A stretch of 64,000 nucleotides of DNA from Candidatus Latescibacterota bacterium (GTDB lineage: Bacteria; Latescibacterota; UBA2968), in NCBI GenBank assembly GCA_965116885.1, contig OZ220741.1:2144001-2208000 (forward strand), given 5' to 3'. Within the stretch, counting starts at the first letter, position 1. The number at the start of each line of letters is the position of its first letter. Positions 50,721-59,314 of the stretch are shown here, one piece after another. Below the pieces are notes generated by a model. The model was not told the origin of the DNA. It searched no databases and worked only from the letters and a program-made list of their open reading frames with translations. A program made the translations under genes and the position numbers.

Positions 50721-51392
50721 TCAGGGTGAATCAAATTTGTAGCCGACACCGCGCACTGTGGTAATGGCTTTGCCCGATTCACCGAGTTTGGAGCGCAGGC
50801 GGCGAATGTGGACGTCAACGGTGCGCATGCCGCCGTAATAGTCATAGCCCCAGATGCTGTCGAGGAGGTCCGATCGGGTAAATACGCGAGCCTCGTGGGT
50901 GACCAGATGTTTGAGTAGTTCGTATTCTTTGAGTGTGAGTTCGACAACGCTGCCCTTGACGCGCACTTCATAGCGCGCCATATTGATGACGAGGTCGTCT
51001 ATTTTGAGGGTGTGATCGTCGGGGGGATGGTCGTCGTTCCAAAGAGCCAGGCGCAGGCGCGCTTCGAACTCGCGCAGGCTATAGGGTTTGATGACAAAAT
51101 CTGAAATGCCGAGTGAAAAATCGAGGTTGAGTGCGGTCATTTCATCGGTGATGACGAGCAGGGTGCTGTCGGTGGCAGGACGTTGTTGTTGAAGGTGTGC
51201 AATGGCCTGTGCGAGGCGATCGAGGGAGGATTCGGGGTCAATGATGGTCAAATCAATGCCGTTGGCGGGTATGGGAGGCAAATTGCTCCGTCCGCTCAGG
51301 ATCACGTGTTCAACTTGATGCCCGATGTATTCGAGGTCTGATTTAAGACGCGCGCCGTAGGCTTCGTCTGCGAGAAGAAGAATAGTTGCCAT
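50721..51392 (-). CDS. OmpR-family response regulator with divergent receiver domain
   Basis: DFVIKPY, LTLKEYELL, WGYDYYGGMRTVDVHIRRLRSKL, TVRGVGY. Confidence 0.9.
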   Translation of the reverse strand: MATILLLADEAYGARLKSDLEYIGHQVEHVILSGRSNLPPIPANGIDLTIIDPESSLDRLAQAIAHLQQQRPATDSTLLVITDEMTALNLDFSLGISDFVIKPYSLREFEARLRLALWNDDHPPDDHTLKIDDLVINMARYEVRVKGSVVELTLKEYELLKHLVTHEARVFTRSDLLDSIWGYDYYGGMRTVDVHIRRLRSKLGESGKAITTVRGVGYKFDSP

Positions 51393-51481
51393 TGGAGACG
51401 AGATTGGGAATAAGGGAGGAACTGATATTACGCATTTTAATGCGCCCGTGTGTAATATCAGCACTGAAAACTGAAAGCCGA

Positions 51482-51510
51482 AAATTAGTGGCCTCATGGC
51501 ATTTTGTCAA
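51482..51510 (-). promoter_or_regulatory. Sigma70-type promoter for the response regulator
   Basis: Minus strand TTGACA-17 nt-TAATTT. Confidence 0.6.
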
Positions 51511-51591
51511 GGTGTATCTAAGAATACGGGCGCAGGCGTTGACAAAACACTTTTATCACTTTTTTTCAAAAAATCGTCTCAGGAGCACATT

Positions 51592-53229
51592 ATGTCTTCT
51601 CCTCATGCAATTGCTCATCCCGCTTTCAGGCCGTCCATTATGGGCAGAAATGGCGTGGTCACATCGGGACACCATCTCGCTTCTCAAGCAGGTATTCAGG
51701 TTATGATGGCGGGTGGCAATGCCATTGATGCGGCTATTGCCACGGCCGCTGCGCTCGGCGTGGTTGAACCACAATCTTCAGGCGCAGGCGGCGATGGTTT
51801 TATTTTAATTTACTCGGCTAAGACGGGCACAGTATCTGCCATTAATGCCACTGGTGCAGCCCCAACGGGTGCGACCCGAGAATTTTATCTCCAACGCGGT
51901 GGTATCCCGATGAAGGGTATTCTGAGCGTTTCCATCCCCGGTCTGGTTGACGGCTGGCTCGTTGCTCACGAGCACTTTGGCACGCGCCCGCTCGAAGATA
52001 TTTTTGCGCCGGCAATCGCCTTTTGCGAAGAGGGCTTTCCGCTCAGTCACAAATTGGCGAATAGTTTGCGGGGGGAAACAAAACGTTTTGCATCCGATCC
52101 ATATACGCGAGCGGTTTTCACAAATGATGGTCAGCCCCTCAGTGCCGGGGATATTGTCTATCAGAAGGATCTGGGTAAGACCTTGAGGAAAATCGCCGCA
52201 GAGGGGCGCGACGCCTATCGCACGGGTGAAATAGCCCGGGATCTCGTTGCATTTAGCCAGTCGCGAGGTGGGTTGCTTACCGAAGCCGATTTGAAAAACC
52301 ATCGCGCTCGCATTGGCGATCCCATTGCCGTGACTTACAAAGGTTATACTGTGTACGAAGCACCGCCCAATTCGAGTGGGCATATTTTACTTCAAGAACT
52401 CAATATTGTCGAAAATTTTGATCTTCAGGCGCTGGGTTGCAATACTGCCGAGAGTATCCACCTTATGGTCGAGGCGAAAAAACTCGCTTTTGCAGACCGA
52501 GAAAAATACATGGCTGATCCAGATTGGGTCGATGTGCCAATTGATGGATTGCTCTCGAAAGATTATGCAAAAGAACGCGCTTCGTGTATCGACCTTGAAC
52601 GCGCTGCTATCCATGTCCCGCCCGGTATCCCGGAATCGGTTGAGGATACTACATGTTTTTGCGTGGCTGACGGCGAGGGCAATGCGGTTTGTCAATTGCA
52701 GAGTATTCAATCTGGCTGGGGATCAAGTCTTATTGCGGGAGATACGGGTATTCTTCTCAATAACCGTATGACGTACTGGCATCTGGAAAAAGATCATCCC
52801 AATTGTCTGATGCCCGGTAAACGAGTTCGCCATACCATGAATCCCGTTATTGTCGCGAAAGACGGTAAACCCGTTCTGATATGCGGCACGCCGGGTGCAG
52901 ATACACAGGTACAGACCAATTTGCAACTGGTGACACATATTCTGGAATTTGGCATGACGCCTCAAGAGGCCGTTGAAGCCCCCCGCTGGCGTTCTCTACA
53001 AAATCCCATGGAATCCACGGTTCCCCATACGTGCGAAGATGTGCTTCAACTCGAAAGCCGTTTTCCTACAATCCAGTGCGAAGCTCTGGCTCGGAAAGGT
53101 CACGACCTTCGCATTCTCTCAGAGTGGGGTGGGCCGGGAAATGCACAGGCTATTCAGATCAATCCCGAGACCGGTGCCCTGATGGGCGGTTCAGATCCCA
53201 GGCGAGACGGATATGCCATTGCTTTTTAA
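51592..53229 (+). CDS. ggt: Gamma-glutamyltransferase family protein (no signal peptide)
   Basis: GGNAIDAA, SGAGGD, PPNS.G, DTT nucleophile, LNNRM, PGKR..HT, SDPRRDG. Confidence 0.92.
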   Translation: MSSPHAIAHPAFRPSIMGRNGVVTSGHHLASQAGIQVMMAGGNAIDAAIATAAALGVVEPQSSGAGGDGFILIYSAKTGTVSAINATGAAPTGATREFYLQRGGIPMKGILSVSIPGLVDGWLVAHEHFGTRPLEDIFAPAIAFCEEGFPLSHKLANSLRGETKRFASDPYTRAVFTNDGQPLSAGDIVYQKDLGKTLRKIAAEGRDAYRTGEIARDLVAFSQSRGGLLTEADLKNHRARIGDPIAVTYKGYTVYEAPPNSSGHILLQELNIVENFDLQALGCNTAESIHLMVEAKKLAFADREKYMADPDWVDVPIDGLLSKDYAKERASCIDLERAAIHVPPGIPESVEDTTCFCVADGEGNAVCQLQSIQSGWGSSLIAGDTGILLNNRMTYWHLEKDHPNCLMPGKRVRHTMNPVIVAKDGKPVLICGTPGADTQVQTNLQLVTHILEFGMTPQEAVEAPRWRSLQNPMESTVPHTCEDVLQLESRFPTIQCEALARKGHDLRILSEWGGPGNAQAIQINPETGALMGGSDPRRDGYAIAF

Positions 53230-53241
53230 GAAGGAAAAACT

Positions 53242-54420
53242 ATGAAAATCAAAGAGATTCGCGCGGTTGCCGTCAATATTTCTCCCGATCAAAAAACAGA
53301 ACCTCGCGTCCCAAAGCTGCCCACAGATGGTTTTATCAGTCCTATGGCGCGATATCCCGAATTTAAAAGATCGGGGTGGAATCCAAATTGGACTCGCACG
53401 GCTTGTGTCGTGACGGCGCAAGATGGCACCTGGGGGGTGGGTTTTACCAATCACAGTGGGCCAGTGCTCAGTATTATCAACGATCACTTTGCCCCTTTGC
53501 TCGAAGGACAAAATTGCATGGCGACCGAGAAGCTTTGGGATATGATGCGCCGCGCTTCTTCGCCTTATCATACGGCGGGTTTGTCCAGCTATGCCATCAG
53601 TGCTGTGGATAATGCCCTGTGGGACTTAAAGGGAAAAATTTTGCAGCGTCCTGTTTACGAGCTTTTGGGTGGTCCGCAAAAAGACAAAATTTTCTGTTAT
53701 GCCAGCAATACAGATATATCTTATGGTACGGAAAATAGTATTGAATGGTTTCTCGAATTGGGGTTCAAGGCGGTCAAGCTCTTTGCGCGATATGGACCGG
53801 AGTCCGGTATTGAGGGGATAAATAAGACTGAAGAGTTGGTTGCCAAAACGCGCGAGCAGATCGGCGATGATGTCGAACTCATGCTCGATGCTTGGATGTC
53901 GCTCAATGTCGAGTACACGGTTCGTCTCGTCGAAGCATTAAAACCATATCGCCTCAAGTGGCTTGAAGATTACGTGTTGCCCGAAGATATGGAAAGCTAT
54001 ACAAAGGTGCGTCAACGCGTCCCCGGGCAAATTCTCGCAACGGGCGAACACTGGTACACCATCCATCCCTTTGCCACAGCCGCGAGTCAGGGGCTTGTCG
54101 ATATTTTGCAGCCCGATATTCAGTGGGCAGGTGGTGTGACGGCCTTGATGCGGATATGCCATATTGCCGAGGCGCATGGGCTAACGGTTATCAGCCACGC
54201 GGGCATGAATTACCCCTATGGTCAGCACCTTTCTTATGCTATGCCAGCGATACAGTGGGGCGAACGTTCCGAAGGGGTATCGCCTCCGGGCGTTCCGCTC
54301 GAAGAACGCGTCGCGCTGCCGGGAACTCCTGTGATTAAAGACGGTTATCTCATTCCGAGCAATGCCCCCGGCTTTGGTCTTGAAATTACTAAGGACTGGT
54401 TGGAGCAAAAGGTTGTATAA
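53242..54420 (+). CDS. Enolase-superfamily acid-sugar dehydratase (L-rhamnonate dehydratase-like)
   Basis: AISAVDNALWDLKGK, LMLDAWM, KWLED, ATGEH, QPD. Confidence 0.85.
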   Translation: MKIKEIRAVAVNISPDQKTEPRVPKLPTDGFISPMARYPEFKRSGWNPNWTRTACVVTAQDGTWGVGFTNHSGPVLSIINDHFAPLLEGQNCMATEKLWDMMRRASSPYHTAGLSSYAISAVDNALWDLKGKILQRPVYELLGGPQKDKIFCYASNTDISYGTENSIEWFLELGFKAVKLFARYGPESGIEGINKTEELVAKTREQIGDDVELMLDAWMSLNVEYTVRLVEALKPYRLKWLEDYVLPEDMESYTKVRQRVPGQILATGEHWYTIHPFATAASQGLVDILQPDIQWAGGVTALMRICHIAEAHGLTVISHAGMNYPYGQHLSYAMPAIQWGERSEGVSPPGVPLEERVALPGTPVIKDGYLIPSNAPGFGLEITKDWLEQKVV

Positions 54421-54434
54421 CTATTGGAGACGAT

Positions 54435-54980
54435 ATGGCGCAAGAGTGGAAACACTTGCTCAAGTTTCGCTGCACTCGCTGTGGAAATTGCTGTCGAGAC
54501 CCCATTGTTCTGGTTACTGACGAAGATGTGCGCCGCATTGTTGAGGGCACAGATCAGGCGGCTTGTGATGTTGTCGATTTTTATAAGCCGAGTGAGATTG
54601 AATGGGGCGAAGACCAGCCGGGCTGGATACGTTTGAAGTCTGGCCAGCGCATTATGGGATTGCGTAGAACTGAGAGCGGATGCCAATATTTGGGTGGAGA
54701 CGATTTGTGTACTATCTACGATTATCGCCCGGTGACTTGTCGAAGGTATCCATTTGATCTCGAGTTTGACGAAGAAGGCGATATCGAGTTGCTCAGCATT
54801 AGCCAATCTACCGATTGTCCGTATGAACTTGATGGGTACAATCCGTTGGGCGAAATTAAGGCTATTGCAAAGTGGGAGACGTGGGAAGAAGAACCCTATT
54901 ATGCCAGACTTAAAGCGTGGAACGCGCGCAAAGAGATGGGCGGGAGAAAGACATTTCTCAAATTTATTGGGTTGGGGTGA
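54435..54980 (+). CDS. YkgJ-family cysteine cluster protein
   Basis: FRCTRCGNCC, CQYL....CTIYDYRPVTCRRYPF. Confidence 0.9.
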   Translation: MAQEWKHLLKFRCTRCGNCCRDPIVLVTDEDVRRIVEGTDQAACDVVDFYKPSEIEWGEDQPGWIRLKSGQRIMGLRRTESGCQYLGGDDLCTIYDYRPVTCRRYPFDLEFDEEGDIELLSISQSTDCPYELDGYNPLGEIKAIAKWETWEEEPYYARLKAWNARKEMGGRKTFLKFIGLG

Positions 54981-55053
54981 AATGGTCTGGATCAGGATGA
55001 ACAGGATGATGGTTTGGTAGGATTAGCAGGATGGGTAAGGGAGAAGATAGTCT

Positions 55054-55914
55054 ATGAATCACAACATTTTTGATCGTGCTGAAGAATTTATCTATAACAA
55101 TGCGCGGTTGCTCGAGCGGCAGTTGTTTGCCTATCATTTCAAAGGGGGTTCGCGGGAGCATGTGCTCACAGCACTTCGCGCCTATCAAAATGAAGATGGC
55201 GGATTTGGACATGCCCTTGAACCGGATATTCGCTGTCCAGAAAGTCAACCCGTGCCGGTGCAGCACGCGCTTGAGTTTCTCGATGCCGTGGGTTTTGATG
55301 CCGAGATGGTGCAGCGCGCCTGCGATTATCTGATGACGATTGCGACGCCCGAAGGCGGTGTTCCGTGGTTGTTGCCTTCTGCACATCGCTATCCGCGAGC
55401 ATCATGGTGGAATACAGTTGAAGATCCACCGGCGTCTTTGAATCCAACGGCTGCAATTGCTGGTTTGTTACACAAGAATCGCGTTCGACATGCGTGGGTA
55501 GATCGCGCGACCGCGTACTGCTGGTCAAAGATAGCCGATTTGCAACCTGTGGAAATGCACGAGATGGGTGTGGTGCTGACTTTTCTCTATTATGTGCCGG
55601 ACCGGGCGCGCGCAGAGCGCGAAATTGAGCGTCTGATCGGTGGGATGTTTTCTGCAGGTCTCATCGCCGATGCAAATGCCACGGGCTATGTCCGCAAACC
55701 GCTCGATTGGGCGAATACGCCCGATCATCCGCTTCGCAAGCACTTTCGGGAAGAGGATGTTGCGGCAAATCTCGATGCAATTGTTGCAGGACAACAAGCA
55801 GATGGTGGGTGGAATATTACCTGGCAAGCCGTGAGTCCGGGTTGCGAACTCGAATGGCGTGGCTGGGTGACTTTGGGAACATTGCTGACGCTGCGGGCGA
55901 ATGGGCGGTTGTAA
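55054..55914 (+). CDS. Hypothetical protein with prenyltransferase/QW-like repeats
   Basis: YQNEDGGFGHALEPD and QQADGGW motifs. Confidence 0.75.
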   Translation: MNHNIFDRAEEFIYNNARLLERQLFAYHFKGGSREHVLTALRAYQNEDGGFGHALEPDIRCPESQPVPVQHALEFLDAVGFDAEMVQRACDYLMTIATPEGGVPWLLPSAHRYPRASWWNTVEDPPASLNPTAAIAGLLHKNRVRHAWVDRATAYCWSKIADLQPVEMHEMGVVLTFLYYVPDRARAEREIERLIGGMFSAGLIADANATGYVRKPLDWANTPDHPLRKHFREEDVAANLDAIVAGQQADGGWNITWQAVSPGCELEWRGWVTLGTLLTLRANGRL

Positions 55915-55931
55915 TTGTACAGAGAGTTATC

Positions 55932-56681
55932 ATGTTGATTGCTAAGATAGAAGGACACTACCACTTTCTCAAGGGTATTGACCCTTACTCTTGCGGCGTT
56001 ATTGCCGATCCCGGCTGGGAGATTGTTCATGTAACACTGGAACAGGCGCTACCCTGGCGGCAGGGGTTTGATCGGGTTGAGGCGCATTTGCAGGAGGTCG
56101 GGCGAGATCGACAGGCATTGTGCGGCATGGAGTTGCGTTCGCCTGCGCCTTTTACTATGGCGGGGTTTATCGCTTTCAATCGGGGTTATTGTCAGGTGCT
56201 CAAGGCATGGGACCTGTACGTGGGAGAGTTGAATCCAGTAGCTCGCACCAATGTGGCACCGCTGTTCGATCCGCCGGGGGAACCGGTGCTGCACGCATTT
56301 TCCTATACGGTGCCGGCAGCGACTGATACACCCCGGACTCTGGTGATCGCCGGGGCAGGGGAATTGCGCGAGGGGATATTATTGGAGCAGGGGATTGTCC
56401 GCAGTGGGGATACCAGTGCAGAAGCGATGCGGGAGAAGGTTGGTTATGTGGTGGATGTAATGGTCGAGCGATTGTTTGGTCTGGGTGGGGCATGGGAGAT
56501 GATCAATGCGGTGGATGTGTACACGGTGCATTCTCTGGACGGGTTGGTAGAGGATATTTTGTTCAATCGCATTGGGCCAGTCCGACGGCACGGTTTCCGC
56601 TGGCACTTTACCCGGCCGCCAGTGGTCGATATTGAATTTGAGATGGATATGCGCGGGGTGCGTCGAGATCTGGTGATATAA
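55932..56681 (+). CDS. CnbZ-like (2-amino-5-chloromuconate deaminase-like) protein
   Basis: YS.GV.A.PG.EI, ELRSPAPFT..GF..FN, NPVARTNV.P, AFSY match my recollection of the family. Confidence 0.6.
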   Translation: MLIAKIEGHYHFLKGIDPYSCGVIADPGWEIVHVTLEQALPWRQGFDRVEAHLQEVGRDRQALCGMELRSPAPFTMAGFIAFNRGYCQVLKAWDLYVGELNPVARTNVAPLFDPPGEPVLHAFSYTVPAATDTPRTLVIAGAGELREGILLEQGIVRSGDTSAEAMREKVGYVVDVMVERLFGLGGAWEMINAVDVYTVHSLDGLVEDILFNRIGPVRRHGFRWHFTRPPVVDIEFEMDMRGVRRDLVI

Positions 56682-56729
56682 GATCATGGGCAGAGATGGG
56701 GTGGGCTGATTGCGAAATAATATTTTTTC

Positions 56730-56759
56730 TTGACATATTCCACTGAGATTGCGTAAGTT
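56730..56759 (+). promoter_or_regulatory. Sigma70-type promoter for ilv/leu operon leader
   Basis: TTGACA-18 nt-TAAGTT with AT-rich upstream tract. Confidence 0.55.
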
Positions 56760-56838
56760 ATTCAATCTAAAATACATTATTACTTCTTTTCCCAAGTCTT
56801 CTATTATGCGCTCAATTTCTACATTGGCGATTTCCACA

Positions 56839-56949
56839 ATGCGAGACGGTGTACACCGTTCTTTGCGCCTTTCTATTGCAGGGCGAGTTCTGATCGTTCT
56901 GCACCTTCTCCTGCTCGTGAGCCTTTTTCTATCTATTATCATTCATTAG
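56839..56949 (+). CDS. Putative Leu/Ile/Val-rich attenuator leader peptide (alternative start 56806)
   Basis: MRDGVHRSLRLSIAGRVLIVLHLLLLVSLFLSIIIH; 15 of last 20 codons are L/I/V; directly upstream of ilvN-leuA. Confidence 0.65.
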   Translation: MRDGVHRSLRLSIAGRVLIVLHLLLLVSLFLSIIIH

Positions 56950-57051
56950 TTTCAGGCTCTTTCCCCAACTCTTGCGACAGCACCTATAAAAGGACAGAGC
57001 CTGTGATTTACTCATAGGTCGTTGTCACTTCATGTATTCGGGAAATGTTTA

Positions 57052-57543
57052 ATGACTCAAAAACACACGATAAGTGCCCTGGTCGAAAATCATTTTGGCG
57101 TTCTGTGCCGCGTTGCGGGCCTTTTTTCCAGTCGCGGATTCAATATCGATAGTCTGTCCGTTGGCGAGACAGAAGACCCGAGTATTTCGCGCATGACTAT
57201 TGTCGTCGGTGGTGACGATAGCGTGCTCGAGCAAGTGGTCAAGCAATTGGATCGCCTTATTGATGTCATTCGCGTGATCGATATTACACAGGGCGCATTT
57301 GTCGAACGCGAACTCATGTTGATCAAGGTCAAAGCCGATACAACAACGCGTGCAGAAATTATCCAAATTGCCGAAGTATTTCGCTCAAATATCGTCGATG
57401 TATGTCCCAGATCGATGACCATAGAGGTTACGGGCAAAAATGATAAGATTCAGGCTATCATTGGCATGCTCAGTTCTTTTGGCATCGAAGAAATCGCGCG
57501 CACAGGCACGGTTGCTCTGTTGCGAGATTCCGCTACGCAATAA
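57052..57543 (+). CDS. ilvN: Acetolactate synthase small (regulatory) subunit
   Basis: [49 protein letters not shown]. Confidence 0.96.
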   Translation: MTQKHTISALVENHFGVLCRVAGLFSSRGFNIDSLSVGETEDPSISRMTIVVGGDDSVLEQVVKQLDRLIDVIRVIDITQGAFVERELMLIKVKADTTTRAEIIQIAEVFRSNIVDVCPRSMTIEVTGKNDKIQAIIGMLSSFGIEEIARTGTVALLRDSATQ

Positions 57544-57556
57544 GGAGGTGATGCAG

Positions 57557-57676
57557 ATGGATCCCGATCTCGGTGATCTTACTGAAGAACTCGCTCTCGT
57601 TTGGCAGATGGGGAAAGACCGCCAGAGCGTTCCATCTGCCCATTTCCACTTTGATTCTGGCATGTTTAAGGGATAA
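57557..57676 (+). CDS. Possible 39-aa small ORF between ilvN and leuA
   Basis: TAAGGAGGTGAT Shine-Dalgarno; stop 2 nt before leuA ATG. Confidence 0.4.
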   Translation: MDPDLGDLTEELALVWQMGKDRQSVPSAHFHFDSGMFKG

Positions 57677-57678
57677 CA

Positions 57679-59235
57679 ATGTCAAACGTTAAAAACAAAG
57701 ACCGCGTCATTATTTTTGATACCACTTTGAGAGACGCGGAACAGACGCCGGGGGCTTCACTCGCGTTGCGCGAAAAAGTTGAAATTGCCCATCAACTCGC
57801 ACGGCTCAATGTCGATGTTATCGAGGCCGGATTTCCCATATCGTCCGATCAGGACTACAATGCCGTGCGGCGTATCGCACACGAGGTCGAAGGTCCTGTT
57901 ATTTGCGGTCTGTCTCGCGCAATCTTCCAAGATATTGACCGCGCAGGTGAAGCTCTGAAAGACGCGCCAAAGCCGCGCATACACACGTTTATTGGGACAT
58001 CGCCGCTCCATATTTCTATGGTGGGCAAAACGCCCGATCAAGTTCTGCAAATGGCTGTTGATGCGGTTGCACGAGCGAGATCGCATTGCGAGGATGTGGA
58101 ATTTTCACCGATGGATGCTGCGCGTACAGAGCCGCAATATCTGCTCGATGTGATCGAAGCTACTATTGAGGCGGGTGCGACAACGATCAATATTCCCGAT
58201 ACTGTGGGCTATGCCGTTCCCGGTCAGTTTGGCCGTATTATTCGCAATATTTGCGAGAAAGTGCCCAATGTCGATCGGGCTATTATCAGTGTCCACTGCC
58301 ACGACGATTTGGGCATGGCGACGATCAATGCTCTCGAAGCACTCAGAAATGGCGCGCGTCAGGTCGAATGCACCATCAACGGATTGGGTGAACGCGCAGG
58401 CAATACCTCGCTTGAAGAAGTGGTCATGGCCGTCAAAACGCGCGGGGATTATTTCGATCTCTATACGGATATCAAAACGCGCGAAATCGTAAACACAAGC
58501 CGTCTGGTCAGCCGCCTCATGGGTATTGTGGTTCCGCCCAATAAACCTATTGTGGGAGCCAATGCCTTTGCACATAGTTCGGGTATCCATCAAGACGGGG
58601 TGCTCAAAGACCGCGAAAATTTCGAAATTATCGATCCCAGATCTGTGGGATGGGAAGAATCGAGCATTGTGCTCACGGCGCGTTCTGGACGCCACGCATT
58701 GCGCCATCGCCTGGAAGAACTCGGTTATAATCTCAATCAGGATGAATTAAATATTGCTTATGAGCGCTTTGTCAAAGTTGCCGACAAGAAGAAGGAAGTT
58801 TATGACGAAGACCTCATGGCTATTGTGGAAGATGAAATTCGAGATTTTCCCATGCGGTTCGTGTTGGACTATTTGCATACTGTGAGCGGTACTGGCACGG
58901 TTCCCTCTGCGACGGTTCGCATTGGTATTGACGGTAAAAACCACGTTCAGGAGTCAGCCTGGGGTGATGGGCCGGTAGATGCGACGTATCAGGCGATTAA
59001 GAAAGCCACGGACAATACGAATACAAAAGTGGAAGACTATACTATCCGCGGCGTTACCGGGGGGGCCGAAGCGATGGGAGAAGTCACGGTCAATGTGTCG
59101 TGCAATGGACGCATAGTCAGGGGACGCGGTGTTTCAACCGATATTATCGAAGCCAGTGCCAAGGCTTTTCTCGATGCGCTCAATCGCCTGGCCATTCAGC
59201 AAGACAATCACAAGGAGCGAGAACCAACCGTTTAG
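57679..59235 (+). CDS. leuA: 2-isopropylmalate synthase
   Basis: IFDTTLRDAEQ, IEAGFP, PDTVG, HCHDDLG, GERAGN, HSSGIHQDG, regulatory domain GPVDA. Confidence 0.96.
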   Translation: MSNVKNKDRVIIFDTTLRDAEQTPGASLALREKVEIAHQLARLNVDVIEAGFPISSDQDYNAVRRIAHEVEGPVICGLSRAIFQDIDRAGEALKDAPKPRIHTFIGTSPLHISMVGKTPDQVLQMAVDAVARARSHCEDVEFSPMDAARTEPQYLLDVIEATIEAGATTINIPDTVGYAVPGQFGRIIRNICEKVPNVDRAIISVHCHDDLGMATINALEALRNGARQVECTINGLGERAGNTSLEEVVMAVKTRGDYFDLYTDIKTREIVNTSRLVSRLMGIVVPPNKPIVGANAFAHSSGIHQDGVLKDRENFEIIDPRSVGWEESSIVLTARSGRHALRHRLEELGYNLNQDELNIAYERFVKVADKKKEVYDEDLMAIVEDEIRDFPMRFVLDYLHTVSGTGTVPSATVRIGIDGKNHVQESAWGDGPVDATYQAIKKATDNTNTKVEDYTIRGVTGGAEAMGEVTVNVSCNGRIVRGRGVSTDIIEASAKAFLDALNRLAIQQDNHKEREPTV

Positions 59236-59314
59236 TATCCGCAGATGGACGCAGATGGATAGACACTGTTGTGTTTATCTGTGGTTTCAAAGGGTTTTAA
59301 GAATAGAGGCATAA

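Noticed and set aside
55707..55931. 75-aa N-terminal extension of the CnbZ-like ORF
   Set aside because: Overlaps the upstream gene; family-like sequence begins at ATG 55932
56760..57050. T-box riboswitch before ilvN
   Set aside because: No T-box consensus (GGTGGnACC) and no terminator with a U run
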